This document shows, piece after piece, positions 19,138 to 29,523 of a DNA stretch of 64,000 nt. How positions within the stretch are numbered: position 1 is the stretch's first letter; the number at the start of each line of letters is the position of its first letter. Source of the stretch: an uncultured Chloroflexia bacterium (GTDB taxonomy: Bacteria > Chloroflexota > Limnocylindria > Limnocylindrales > CSP1-4); contig CAVRGP010000011.1 of assembly GCA_963720755.1 (NCBI GenBank), positions 1 to 64,000 of the forward strand, given 5' to 3'. The position numbers and the translations under genes are program-made. Under the pieces are notes generated by a model. The model did no database searches and was not told the DNA's origin. It saw nothing but the letters and a program-made list of their open reading frames with translations.

Positions 19138-19971
19138 ATGATGGGATCGAGCGATCGTTCCGACACGTTCCGGGCCCTCCACGAAGCGGGCTGCTTCGTG
19201 ATGCCGAACCCGTGGGACGTGGGCAGCGCCCGATTGTTGGCCGGACTCGGCTTCAAGGCCCTTGCGACAACGAGCTCCGGCTTCGCCTGGACGCTGGGCA
19301 AGGCCGATAACCGGGTGACGCTCGACGAGGCGCTCGAGCACCTTCGAGCCGTGGCCGGATCGGTCGGCGTGCCGGTCAATGCCGATTTCGAGGGAGGGTT
19401 CGCGATCGAGCCGGACGGTGTCGCCGCGAACGTCGCCCGGGCCGTCGAGACCGGTATCGCGGGGCTGTCGATCGAGGATTCGAGCGGGGACGCGACGGAG
19501 CCATTGTTCGACTTCGACCTGTCGGTGGCCCGGATCCGTGCTGCCAGGGCCGCGATCGACGACCACGGCGGCCGGGTGGTGCTGACCGGTCGATGCGAGT
19601 CGTTCGTCGTCGGCCGGCCCGACCTGGCCGAGACGATCCGCCGACTGCAGGCGTACTCGGATGCCGGCGCCGAGTGCCTCTATGCGCCGCGGCTGGACAC
19701 CCTCGAGGAGATCGCGGCCGTGGTCGGAGCGGTCGCACCGAAGCCCGTGAACGTCCTGGTCGGCAGCCACTTCACGACCGTGGCGGCATTGGCCGACCTC
19801 GGCGTCCGCCGGATCAGCGTCGGTGGGGGGCTTGCCCGGGTGGCCTGGGGCGCGTTCATCGAGGCCGCGACCGAGATCGCAGAGTCGGGCACATTCACCG
19901 GGCTCGCCGATGGGATCCCGTTTGCCGAGATCGACGGAGCCTTCGCCGCGGACCGGAGCCCTGCCCCATGA
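19138..19971 (+). CDS. Isocitrate lyase/PEP mutase family protein
   Basis: MPNPWDVGSAR, ALATTSSG, VNADFEGGF, GLSIED, RRISVGG. Confidence 0.92.
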   Translation: MMGSSDRSDTFRALHEAGCFVMPNPWDVGSARLLAGLGFKALATTSSGFAWTLGKADNRVTLDEALEHLRAVAGSVGVPVNADFEGGFAIEPDGVAANVARAVETGIAGLSIEDSSGDATEPLFDFDLSVARIRAARAAIDDHGGRVVLTGRCESFVVGRPDLAETIRRLQAYSDAGAECLYAPRLDTLEEIAAVVGAVAPKPVNVLVGSHFTTVAALADLGVRRISVGGGLARVAWGAFIEAATEIAESGTFTGLADGIPFAEIDGAFAADRSPAP

Positions 19972-20231
19972 CGAGTTCGCTCCCGACGCCCGATGTCCTC
20001 ACCGTTTACGGCGCGAACTGGTGCGGCGACTGTCGCACCGCCCAGCGATATCTCGATATGGCTGGCGTGACCTACCGCTACGTGGATCTTGGGATGGACC
20101 GGGCGGCCCAGTCACTGCTCAGCGAGGCCGGGTATCGGGCCATCCCGATCGTGGTGACGACGGACGGGACCGTTCTGATCGAGCCATCCGTCCGAGAGCT
20201 CGCGGCGGCGCTCGGGACACCTGCCGGCTGA
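19968..20231 (+). CDS. Glutaredoxin/mycoredoxin/NrdH-like protein
   Basis: VYGANWCGDC and IPIVV..DG..LIEPS. ATGA-coupled to the upstream gene. Confidence 0.85.
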   Translation: MTSSLPTPDVLTVYGANWCGDCRTAQRYLDMAGVTYRYVDLGMDRAAQSLLSEAGYRAIPIVVTTDGTVLIEPSVRELAAALGTPAG

Positions 20232-20261
20232 CCCTGGATCGGACGGCGATCGGACGTCGGT

Positions 20262-20606
20262 TCAGTGCAGGCGGTCCTGCCAATCGGGCGGCACGCGACC
20301 CGCCGGGCCGGGAGTCGGCTGGTCGGCGGGGTGCGCTTCCGGCGGCGCCAGTTCAGGTCCGGCCACGCTCTCCTGGCGCGCGAAGTCCCAGAACCAATCC
20401 TCGCCGGGTTCGAAGCTACGGATGACGGGATGGCCGGACTCGGCCGCATGACGACTCGCATGCTGCGACGGCGACGAATCACAACAGCCGATATGGCCGC
20501 AGGCCGCGCACCGGCGCAGGTGGAGCCACCATCCCCCCGCGGCGAGGCATTCGAGGCAGCCGGTGCCGCTCGGCGCTACGTCCGGATCGATCCCCGCGTG
20601 TGTCAT
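20262..20606 (-). CDS. UBP-type zinc finger protein
   Basis: GCLECL..GGWWLHLRRC..CGHIGCCDSSPSQHA..H, SFEPGEDW. Confidence 0.9.
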   Translation of the reverse strand: MTHAGIDPDVAPSGTGCLECLAAGGWWLHLRRCAACGHIGCCDSSPSQHASRHAAESGHPVIRSFEPGEDWFWDFARQESVAGPELAPPEAHPADQPTPGPAGRVPPDWQDRLH

Positions 20607-20691
20607 CTGCGAGCCTCCGTTCGGACGGGCAAATCCTCGGCCGATGAAGTAGGTCCCGGCCCCGCGACCCAGCCCACCTGTGCTCCGTCCG

Positions 20692-20837
20692 GATCGAGAT
20701 TATCCCGATGATCGTACGCGTTCACGGAGACCGTGAAGCGGGTCACGTTCGACATGAAGCCGATGACCCACGAGGAGGAGAAGACGCTCCACGAGCGCAC
20801 CGCCCTCCAGGCCGTGGCCGGTGGTGCGGCCGGCTGA
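20692..20837 (+). pseudogene. C-terminal relic of an arylsulfatase
   Basis: Manual translation DRDYPD / YAFTETVKRVTFDMKPMTHEEEKTLHERTALQAVAGGAAG* resembles the C-terminal tail of large AtsA/B/D-type arylsulfatases. No start codon. Confidence 0.55.
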
Positions 20838-20885
20838 TCGGCCAGGATCGCGGCCGAGCACGTCCCGGCGAGTACGCTTTGCGGA

Positions 20886-21977
20886 ATGACGGATAACGCC
20901 GCCACGCTCGAAGTGCCGCTCGATCCCGCGGCGTGGGGTGTCGATGCCATCGAGTACGAGCGCACGGGATTCCTCGGCCGATCGTGTCTCGCGTTCGGTG
21001 ACACCGTCGCGGTCCCGGTCCTGCCCGGGATCGAGTTGGAAGACGGTGTCGTCGAGGTGGACCTGGCCGTCTCGCGGGAGCGGTCGTTCCAGGGGGTGAT
21101 CTGGCGGGCCGAGGGGAACGAGGACTTCGAGTCGTTCTTTGTGCGGCCGCACCAGGTCGGCAATCCGGACGCGATCCAGTACACGCCGGTGAACCACGGC
21201 GTCTCGAGCTGGCAGCTCTACCACGGTCCCGGTTTCTGGGCCCCGATCACCTTCCCGATCGACGACTGGTTCACGATCCGTGTGGCCTTCGCGGGGGCTC
21301 GTGCTGACATCCATGTCGGCGACCTCGGGTCGCCAGCGTTGCGGATCGCCGAACTCAAGCGGGCGCCGGCCAGCGGACGGATCGGACTCCTGGTCGGCGG
21401 GGCGGGCCTGCGGGTCGCCCGCATCGCCTACAGCCCGTCGCGGCCGGTCTTGGGCGCTCTTCCACAGTCACCAGCGGCGCAGCCCGGCGTGATCCGAAGG
21501 TGGGACGTGTCCGATCCCATCGCCGAGTCGGTGGTCACGGGTCTCGGCCTCCTGCCACCGGACCTCGTGGCGGCACGCTCGTGGACACCCGTCGATGCCG
21601 AACCGTCCGGTCTGCTCGACCTGTCCCGGGTCAACGGGCTGCACGACGGTCGCAACACGGTCCTCGTCCGGACCGCGGTCCGTGCTCCGGACGATCTGGT
21701 GGCCCCGCTCGAGTTGGGGTTCAGTGACCGGGCGACGGTGTACCTCGATGGGCTCGCCCACTTCCGGGGAGACGACGCCTATCGATCAAGGGACTACCAA
21801 TTCCTCGGCAGCATCGGCTTCTACGATACGGTCTACCTTCCCCTTCGGCGGGATCGGAACGAACTCGTCATGGCTGTCTCGGAGGATCTCGGGGGATGGG
21901 GGATCCAGGCCCGGTTCGGGGACGGCTGGCGTTGGCGGCCCGACGGGACGATCGAACGTGAAGTGGGGTCGGCATGA
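20886..21977 (+). CDS. Hypothetical beta-sandwich (ConA/DUF1080-like) protein
   Basis: 363-aa ORF with RPHQ.GNPDAIQY, WQLYHGPG, GFSDR and GWG motifs. ATGA-coupled to anSME. Confidence 0.65.
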   Translation: MTDNAATLEVPLDPAAWGVDAIEYERTGFLGRSCLAFGDTVAVPVLPGIELEDGVVEVDLAVSRERSFQGVIWRAEGNEDFESFFVRPHQVGNPDAIQYTPVNHGVSSWQLYHGPGFWAPITFPIDDWFTIRVAFAGARADIHVGDLGSPALRIAELKRAPASGRIGLLVGGAGLRVARIAYSPSRPVLGALPQSPAAQPGVIRRWDVSDPIAESVVTGLGLLPPDLVAARSWTPVDAEPSGLLDLSRVNGLHDGRNTVLVRTAVRAPDDLVAPLELGFSDRATVYLDGLAHFRGDDAYRSRDYQFLGSIGFYDTVYLPLRRDRNELVMAVSEDLGGWGIQARFGDGWRWRPDGTIEREVGSA

Positions 21978-23338
21978 TCGAGGACCTTCAGGCACCGATG
22001 CGCTCGTCGACCGGGCGGCCGATGCCCCGCGCCTTCCACCTCATGGCCAAGCCGTCCGGGGCGACCTGCAATCTCGATTGCGACTACTGCTTCTTCCTGT
22101 CCAAGGAGATGCTCTACCCGGGCAGCCGCTTCCGGATGGCCGAGGAGCTCCAGGAAACGTATCTGCGCCAGCTTCTCGAGGCGCACCGGGGCATCCCGGA
22201 GGTCATCGTCGCGTGGCAGGGCGGCGAGCCGACGCTCATGGGACTGGATTTCTTCCGCCGTTCGATGGACCTGATCGAACGGTTCAAGCAGCCCGGCCAG
22301 GGCGTCCTCAACACGCTCCAGACGAACGGGACGCTGCTGACCGACGAGTGGGGCGAGTTCCTTGCCGCGAACCACTTCCTCGTCGGGATCTCGATCGACG
22401 GCCCGCGCGACATCCACGACCGCTACCGCGTGGACAAAGGCGGCAAGCCCACCTTCGACAAGGTCATGAGGGGGCTGGAGATCCTGCGTCGCCACGAGGT
22501 CGACTACAACGTCCTGTCGACGGTCCACGCCGCCAACGAGCAGCGCGGCCGCGAGGTCTACCGGTTCCTGCGCGACGAATGCGGCGCCGCGTTCATGCAG
22601 TTCATCCCGATCGTGGAGCGCGCCACGCCCGAAACGCTCGCGGCCGCCAATGCCGGTTGGGGCGACCGTGGCCAGCTCCGGCCCCTGTACGTCCTCGATG
22701 GCAGCCTGGTCACCGATCGGACGGTCAGTCCCGCAGGCTACGGCCGCTTCCTCATCGACATCTTCGAGGACTGGGTGCGGCGCGACATCGGCACGGTGTA
22801 CGTCCAGATGTTCGACACGGCGCTGGCCAACTGGGTGGGCGAACCCGGCGGGATGTGCGTCCACGCGGAGACGTGCGGTTCGCAGCTCGCCCTCGAGCAC
22901 AACGGCGACCTGTACTCGTGCGACCACTTTGTCGAGCCGCGGTTCAAGCTCGGCAACATCCGCGAACTGCCGATGCTCGACATGGTGGCCTCCCCGCAGC
23001 AGCGGAAGTTCGGCCAGGACAAGCGCGACACGCTCACCCGGTTCTGCCTCGAGTGCGATGTCCGGTTCGCCTGTCACGGTGGCTGCCCGAAGGATCGGTT
23101 CGCGACGTCACCGTACGGCGAGGACGGGCTGCACTACCTCTGCCCCAGCTACAAGTCGTTCTTTCACCACGTGACCCCGGTCATGGAGCGAATGCGTGAC
23201 CTGTTGCGAGTCGATCGGGCGCCGGCCGAGGTCATGGCCAGCCAGGTCGCCGCGGACGCGCATCGGGGTCGCAACGACCCGTGCCCCTGCGGCAGCGGCC
23301 GGAAGTGGAAGGTCTGCCACGGGCGCCCCCCGGCCTGA
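21974..23338 (+). CDS. Anaerobic sulfatase maturase (radical SAM/SPASM) with C-terminal SEC-C motif
   Basis: AKPSGATCNLDCDYCFFL, WQGGEPTL, YSCDHFV, C..C.....C.GGCPK, RNDPCPCGSGRKWKVCHG. Confidence 0.93.
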   Translation: MIEDLQAPMRSSTGRPMPRAFHLMAKPSGATCNLDCDYCFFLSKEMLYPGSRFRMAEELQETYLRQLLEAHRGIPEVIVAWQGGEPTLMGLDFFRRSMDLIERFKQPGQGVLNTLQTNGTLLTDEWGEFLAANHFLVGISIDGPRDIHDRYRVDKGGKPTFDKVMRGLEILRRHEVDYNVLSTVHAANEQRGREVYRFLRDECGAAFMQFIPIVERATPETLAAANAGWGDRGQLRPLYVLDGSLVTDRTVSPAGYGRFLIDIFEDWVRRDIGTVYVQMFDTALANWVGEPGGMCVHAETCGSQLALEHNGDLYSCDHFVEPRFKLGNIRELPMLDMVASPQQRKFGQDKRDTLTRFCLECDVRFACHGGCPKDRFATSPYGEDGLHYLCPSYKSFFHHVTPVMERMRDLLRVDRAPAEVMASQVAADAHRGRNDPCPCGSGRKWKVCHGRPPA

Positions 23339-23356
23339 CCTCACCCCACGGCGGGC

Positions 23357-24964
23357 CTATGCGGCGACGGGCTCGAGCTCTGGTTCGCCGGCCGGGAGCG
23401 GTTCGTGCGGCAGGCCCCCGGTGAACGCGAGCGACGCGAGCGCGATGAGTGCCGCAGCAAGCAGGCCGGCTTTCAGCGATCGGAGCTGGGCGGCAAGGTA
23501 ATCGTCGACGATCGCCGCCGTCGTGGCGTCATCGAGACCCGCCTGCTGCGCTGCGGCCTCCACGTCGGCCGACGACACGAAGTCGATCCCGTTCTCGACG
23601 GCGACCCCGATCTGGCCCGAGATCTCGCTGCTGATCCGGTCGTCCGCCTGGATGTTGGTCACGAACGTGCTGGTGAGGCCGACCAGCACGATCGCCCCGA
23701 TGAGCGCGACGCCGAGCGACGAGCCGAGCTGTTGGCCGGTGTACTGGAGGCCCCCGGCCTCGCCTCGGCCCGACGCATCCACCGACGACTGGACGACATT
23801 GCCGAGCTGTGACGCCAGCAGCCCCATGCCGACGCCGAGCACCGCCATCGACACGGCGAAGCCGGTTTCGGCGAGGTCGGGTTTGATCGTGGCCAGGAGC
23901 GCAACGGCGGCCACGGCCGTGATGACCAGGCCGGCGCGAACGATCGTCCGCACCGTGTACCGGGTGGACAGGCGCGAACCGACCGCGGCCGTGATGAACA
24001 TCGTGATCGAGACGGGCAACATCCTGATCCCCGTCTGGAGCGCATCCAGCCCGAGGACGAGTTGCAGGTACAGCGGGATCGTGAAGAAGACGCCCATCAG
24101 GATGAGGTTCTGGGAGAACAGGCCGATCAGACCGGATCGAAGCGGCGGGATCTTGACGAGGTCGAGGTGCACCAGGGGGTCATTCCCGGATGCCTCACGG
24201 CGTCGCTGCCAGGCGACGAACGCCCACAGCAGCGCGCCGCCGCCGGCGATCACGAAGAGAGTCGGCGACAAGCCGAATGGTTCGACCGGGGCATCCTTCG
24301 GTTCGATCCAGCCCCAGGTGCTCGATTGCAGGACGCCGAGGACGACCGCACCGAGCCCGGTCGCGGACAAGACCGTCCCGACGATATCGAGCTGCGGCTT
24401 GTGGCCGGTCCGGACCGCATCCCCGACGAAGCGGGTCATCACCAGGATGCCGATCACGAGGATGACCTCGCCGACGAACACGACGCGCCAGCTCAGCTCC
24501 GTGGTCGCCCAGCCGCCGACGATCGGCCCGACGGCGATGCCGGCGCCTGCCACGCCACCGATCACGGCATAGGCGACCTTGCGTTCACGCCCCTCGAAGT
24601 TGCCGGCGATCAACGCAGCCATGGCGGGCAGGACCAGCGCGGCCCCGGCGCCCTCGAGGATCGACCAGCCGAGCGCGAGCGTCGCGACCGATTGCGAGGC
24701 GGCCGTGAGCGCGGAGCCGCAGGCGTAGATGATCAGGCCGATGACGAAGGCCCGGCGGCGACCGATGATGTCGCCGATCTTGCCGCCCGTGAGCATGAGC
24801 ATCGCCATCACCAGGCAATAGAGCGTGATGACGGTCTGGATCGTCGTGACGGTCGTGTCGAAATCGGTGACGAGCTGGGTGATCGAGACGTTCATGACGG
24901 ACTGATCGAGGACCATCACGAACTGGGCGCCCGCCAGGGCGACCAGGGCCAATCTTCCCTTCAC
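23357..24964 (-). CDS. MFS transporter (DHA2, 14-TM)
   Basis: QFVMVLD.SVMNV, GKIGDIIGRRR, GPIVGG, SWR. Confidence 0.9.
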   Translation of the reverse strand: MKGRLALVALAGAQFVMVLDQSVMNVSITQLVTDFDTTVTTIQTVITLYCLVMAMLMLTGGKIGDIIGRRRAFVIGLIIYACGSALTAASQSVATLALGWSILEGAGAALVLPAMAALIAGNFEGRERKVAYAVIGGVAGAGIAVGPIVGGWATTELSWRVVFVGEVILVIGILVMTRFVGDAVRTGHKPQLDIVGTVLSATGLGAVVLGVLQSSTWGWIEPKDAPVEPFGLSPTLFVIAGGGALLWAFVAWQRRREASGNDPLVHLDLVKIPPLRSGLIGLFSQNLILMGVFFTIPLYLQLVLGLDALQTGIRMLPVSITMFITAAVGSRLSTRYTVRTIVRAGLVITAVAAVALLATIKPDLAETGFAVSMAVLGVGMGLLASQLGNVVQSSVDASGRGEAGGLQYTGQQLGSSLGVALIGAIVLVGLTSTFVTNIQADDRISSEISGQIGVAVENGIDFVSSADVEAAAQQAGLDDATTAAIVDDYLAAQLRSLKAGLLAAALIALASLAFTGGLPHEPLPAGEPELEPVAA

Positions 24965-25041
24965 GCGCGACCTCCGCTATTCGTCGCCCTTCGCACGGGC
25001 ACGATAGCGCCTCACCATCGTCGCCGTTCGGGGGGCGTACC

Positions 25042-25172
25042 ATGCCGCCGCGACGACCTTCGATCAACCGCCCGGCGTCGCCTTCGACGTCGAAGGCCCG
25101 GTCCAGGCCGAGATGTTCGTTGTCTGGCTGGCCGGCGATCACCTCGAGCTGACTGGACCGTGCGAGACCTGA
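25042..25172 (+). pseudogene. Possible truncated gene relic
   Basis: Coding-like frame AATTFDQPPGVAFDVEGPVQAEMFVVWLAGDHLELTGPC stops abruptly, and the nearby ATG is out of frame. Confidence 0.3.
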
Positions 25173-25312
25173 CGCGGGAGACGTGTCCGAGGGTCGCACC
25201 TTGGCCTCCCCCCGGGCCGTATCATCAGCCGTGCGCCCCGGCCGCCAGCCGAAGAGCTGACCTACGGAGCACTGCCCGATTGCTGATCACGATCGAATGA
25301 GGGAGGTCTCCC

Positions 25313-25606
25313 ATGTGTTGCGCCATCGGCATCCTCGGCATCCTGGGTCCACGAGCCCTGGTCATCTTCTGGTGGCTGGTCGATCCCGCTCGCTGGGACC
25401 TGACCTTCGGCGGCTCCGCGGTCCTGCCCGCGCTTGGATTCCTGTTCCTGCCGTGGACGACGATCATGTACGTCCTGTTCTGGACGGCCGGCGGCTTGGA
25501 CCTGATCGGGTGGTTCTTCGTGGCCCTGGCGGTCGTCGCCGACCTCGCGACCTATGGCGGCGGCGCGCTCGGCAACAAGGACAAGGTCCAGTCCTACTAC
25601 CGCTGA
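25313..25606 (+). CDS. Small membrane protein
   Basis: SD GGAGG; three hydrophobic segments with GPR and LGFLFLPWTT. Confidence 0.75.
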   Translation: MCCAIGILGILGPRALVIFWWLVDPARWDLTFGGSAVLPALGFLFLPWTTIMYVLFWTAGGLDLIGWFFVALAVVADLATYGGGALGNKDKVQSYYR

Positions 25607-25657
25607 TCGGCGTCCGCTGAACGACATCATGGGGTGACGCCCCGATCCGGCGACACG

Positions 25658-26761
25658 ATGTCCGCCGTGCTGCTCGTCGGCCACGGCGGTCCGGAGATGC
25701 TCGTCCATCGGGACGACATTCCGATCCCTGAGCCCGGGCCTGGTGACGTCCTCATCTCAGTCCGGGCCGCCAGCCTGAACAACACGGACATCAACACCCG
25801 GATCGGTTGGTATTCGCCGTCGTTCGACGGCCGGTCCACGGACGCGCCCATGGACGTGCCCGCGAGCAGGGCCCCGGCGGGTGGCAGCTGGTCCGGCGCG
25901 GGGATCGCCTTCCCGCGCATCCAGGGGGCCGATGTCTGCGGGATCGTCGTGGCGGTCGGGTCCGGCGTGTCCGAGGCGAGGATCGGGGAGCGGGTGATCG
26001 TCCAGAGCTGCCTGCGATCGCTCCGGGGCGATGACGGTCGCGACTCGTGGCTGGGCTCGGAGGTCGATGGCGGGTTCGCCCAGTTCGTGCGTGCCCCCGC
26101 AGCCGACACCTACCGCGTCGAGACCACGCTGTCTGACGTGCAACTGGCCGCGGTGCCGTGCGCGTATGGGACGGCCGAGAACCTGTTGCATCGGGCGGAG
26201 GTCGAGGCGGGCGAGGTCGTGCTGATCACCGGCGCCTCCGGAGGGGTCGGTTCCGCGGCGGTCCAGCTCGCGCATCGTCGCGGAGCCCGGGTGATCGCGG
26301 TCGCGGGCGACGCCAAGGCCGCCGCCGTGCGTACGCTCGGCGCCGACGTCGTCGTGCCCCGCGACGCGGATCTCGAAGCAGCCATCGGCCACGAGGCGGT
26401 CGATGCGGTCATCGACCTCGTCGGTGGCCCGCGATGGTCGCGACTCCTGGCGATCCTCAAGCGTCACGGTCGCTATGCCGTGTCCGGTGCGATCGGGGGT
26501 CCGATCGTGGAGCTCGACCTGCGCACGCTCTACCTCAAGGACCTGGCCCTGCTCGGCTGTACGGCCCAGGACGACATCGTGTTCGGGAACCTCGTCACGT
26601 ACCTGGAGCGAGGGGAGCTCGTCCCGCCGGTCGCGGCGACCTACCCGCTCGACCGGATCGCGGAGGCCCAGCGCGACTTCGAAACGAAGCAGCACGTGGG
26701 CAAGCTCGTGCTGATCGTGCCCCCCAGCGAGGCCGCTACCCGCGGAGCGCCAGGGCGATGA
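25658..26761 (+). CDS. MDR-family (zinc-binding alcohol dehydrogenase/quinone oxidoreductase-like) protein
   Basis: GHGGPE.L, NNTDINTRIGWY, FPRIQGADVCG, ITGASGGVGSAAVQLA, HVGKLV. Confidence 0.9.
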   Translation: MSAVLLVGHGGPEMLVHRDDIPIPEPGPGDVLISVRAASLNNTDINTRIGWYSPSFDGRSTDAPMDVPASRAPAGGSWSGAGIAFPRIQGADVCGIVVAVGSGVSEARIGERVIVQSCLRSLRGDDGRDSWLGSEVDGGFAQFVRAPAADTYRVETTLSDVQLAAVPCAYGTAENLLHRAEVEAGEVVLITGASGGVGSAAVQLAHRRGARVIAVAGDAKAAAVRTLGADVVVPRDADLEAAIGHEAVDAVIDLVGGPRWSRLLAILKRHGRYAVSGAIGGPIVELDLRTLYLKDLALLGCTAQDDIVFGNLVTYLERGELVPPVAATYPLDRIAEAQRDFETKQHVGKLVLIVPPSEAATRGAPGR

Positions 26762-28458
26762 TCGCCGGCAGCGCTGCGAGCGACGGCGTCGCATCGAACC
26801 GAACCAGTCGTGGCGCGAGGCGGTGGGCGGTCCGGTGACTCGAGTGCCAAACCGGCTTGAGCCAGGGCCGGAACGGACCGCGGATCACCGATTTCTGGGG
26901 GCGGTCGAACATCAACGTGTTGTGGACGAAGCCGGCCCCGGATCCGATCGCCGCCGGGGTGGCGCCCGGGAAGGCGCCCCATGGCGTCACCCCGAGGGCG
27001 AATCCGACGGCGGCCCAGACGTTCAGTGAGACGGTCCCATAGCGAAGATCAGCGAGCGCCCGCTCGACCGCGGCGCCGACCGCCGGCTCGCGCTGCGTTC
27101 GAGGGTGGACGATCACCGTGGCGTTGAGCGTCCCCCACAACATCTCGTTGGCGAACGTGACGGCGCGGTCGACGAAGCCTGCGGTCGACTCGCCGCCCAA
27201 GGCCGTTTCGGCGACGATGGAGCAGAAGGCTTCGGTCGTGAAACAGATGTCGTCGGAGCGCGCCGGATCGACGCCTTCGACGAGCCCCCAGGGGAGCCGA
27301 TCGGCCGGTCCGCTGGCCCATCTGGCGCATCTCGGGATGGGCTGCCGCGAAGGCGTCGAAACGGTCCGCGGCGCCCGGATAGTAGGCGTCCCTCGTCGGG
27401 GTCCGGCCGAGCCGATCGCGGATGGCGGCAAGGAACGCATCTCGCTGCGGCCAGTCGGCATGGGTGATGATGACCCTGGCGGCATTGCAGTTGAACCCGC
27501 CGTTGTTGGTCAGCATCGTGGCGACGTTCTCCGCCTGCCTGGCCAGGTCCGCGCTGCTCCACCGACCGGGCACGACGATCACCGGACTCACGTTCCCGAG
27601 TTCCGCCGTGACCGGCTTGTGGAACACCGCCTCACCGCGTTGCTGGCGTGCCTCACCCTCCGGGCCGGAGCCGAACACGATCGCGTCATAGGTCCGGATC
27701 GAGCCGGTCATGTGGACGTCGTCCACCTCCGGATGGCGACACAGGGCCGCCCCGACGGCCGCATCGCCCTCGATGAAGCGGACAACGCCGAGATCGACGA
27801 GCGGCCTGAGCGCGCGTTCGAAGATCGGCCGGAGATAGCTGTTGGCGGGGTGCAGCTTGGCGATGACCACCCGGTTCTCGATGAAGAGCTTGGTGAGGAT
27901 GTCCAGCGGGCCGATCGAAGACACGTTGCCGGCCGCGAGGACGAGGCAGATCCCGCCGGCCGTCGAAGCGTCACGTCGGTAGGCGATCGCCTGGGTCGTC
28001 GCCAGATCCTCGGCGGTGACGCCAGGCTCCATCCAGACGTCCGCGCTGATGCCCCGGTAGAACAGCCGGTCGTAGGCGGAGACGGGGAAGACTCGCGCCG
28101 TGACCTGCCCATCGGGACGGGTCCGGACGGGACCGGCGATCCGTGGCGCCCCGCGGCGCTCGATGTCGCGGATGGAGTCGCGGAGCAGACGGACGTCCCG
28201 GAGGAGGATGTACGGTCCGACCATCGCCTCCTCGCCCGATGACGGATCCCGCGGGTCGAGGCCCTCGGCCGAGATGCACGCCTTCACCCACGCGTCGGCG
28301 ACGTCCACAGTATCGGCGAGCACCTGTTCGAGGAGTCGGACCCGTTCCGCCGGCCCGGTCGCGACCCAGGTCGACGCATGCGCCCGAAGGGCACGGAGCG
28401 CCTCGTCGGGTACGTGATCCGTCTCCGAGACGGGGCCAGCTGGCGCGGTCGCGGTCAT
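26736..28458 (-). CDS. Aldehyde dehydrogenase family protein, frameshifted near 27303-27330
   Basis: N-terminal ORF has AGN, HMTGS, AELGNVSP and GFNCNA. It continues in another frame with DRLPW, EAFC, LWGTL, LRYGTV.LN and GSG.GFVHN. Confidence 0.85.
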
Positions 28459-28461
28459 CGA

Positions 28462-28818
28462 CTAGCGTTTCGTCGACTTCGCCGGCTTGGGTGGCAGCGC
28501 TCCCACGTGGTCGAGGGACTTGGCGATCCAGATGCGACCGTCGGCGGTGCCGACGAACGATGGCGGCATCGTGACCCACCCGCTCATCGGTCGCTCGGCC
28601 GGACCGAACGGGCGGGCTCCCGCGATCGCCCCGAGGGTCGCGAGATCATCGCTGGCGAGCTTCAGGCCGATGTCGGCGCCGAACAGGCCCATGAACATGT
28701 TGCCGTTCACGAAGGCGCCGAGGTTGCCGAACATCGGCTTGACCTCGATCCGGGGATCGCCCGGTACGACCGACCTGAATCGAGCCTTGTCGGCCTCGGA
28801 TGGCTTCGGCATCTCCAT
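28462..28818 (-). CDS. TfoX/Sxy N-terminal domain protein
   Basis: KPMFGNLGAFVNGNMFMGLFG, RPMSGWV, LPPK. Confidence 0.85.
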   Translation of the reverse strand: MEMPKPSEADKARFRSVVPGDPRIEVKPMFGNLGAFVNGNMFMGLFGADIGLKLASDDLATLGAIAGARPFGPAERPMSGWVTMPPSFVGTADGRIWIAKSLDHVGALPPKPAKSTKR

Positions 28819-28892
28819 GGTGCTCCTCCTCGGTCCCCCTCTCCATCGCGATGAGGGTACCGAGCGGCGCCAGTGCGTGTGCGGTGCGGTCC

Positions 28893-29246
28893 CTACGCCA
28901 GCGCCGTTCGACGGGCGGACAGCCGGACGATCTCCTCGACCGCCGCCGCGCCGTACCTCCGCGCCCGATCGACCCGTGCGGTGCGAAGGACGTTTCTGAT
29001 CGCCACGAGGGTGTCTCGAGGTGGGCGTCGGACGACGAGGATCCAGGCGATGGGCAGGCCGACCAGCTCGATCGACTCGCCGGGGACGCCGACGTCCATC
29101 AGCAACATCGCGGTCGACTCGGCATCCAGCTGGCTCGACAGCATGGCGACCACGGAGCCGGCCGGATAGCTGGAGCCATCGACCCAGGCAACGGCATGGT
29201 CCGGATCACGGGTTGGCACGGGAGCGGCTGGTGTTCGACTGGTCAT
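28893..29246 (-). CDS. Hypothetical protein
   Basis: Open frame with SD GAGG, divergent from the Hdr-like operon. No family recognised. Confidence 0.45.
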   Translation of the reverse strand: MTSRTPAAPVPTRDPDHAVAWVDGSSYPAGSVVAMLSSQLDAESTAMLLMDVGVPGESIELVGLPIAWILVVRRPPRDTLVAIRNVLRTARVDRARRYGAAAVEEIVRLSARRTALA

Positions 29247-29423
29247 CGTCACGCCTCGATCCGACTCGCCGCCGCGCCGGGCCACGTCCATGTCACCTTC
29301 GGGCGCCGCAGTGCCACGACCTTGGGGCGCGACCGTGAGAAGCGTCTGATAACCGCCGCGCGTCCGACCCGAGACCGACTTCCGTCCTCTTGGCACGGGA
29401 CTCCGTGACTAATGGCTCGTTGG

Positions 29424-29446
29424 ATATATGCGCCTTAGACATATAT
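29424..29446. promoter_or_regulatory. Operator palindrome upstream of the Hdr-like operon
   Basis: ATATATG-N9-CATATAT with perfect arms in AT-rich intergenic DNA. Confidence 0.7.
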
Positions 29447-29523
29447 TCACCTCAGCCTAATAGCAGGCCTGAGCGTCGGCCCACCCGGGACGCGGCGCCG
29501 CCAGATCCGGCGAGGAGCCGCGA

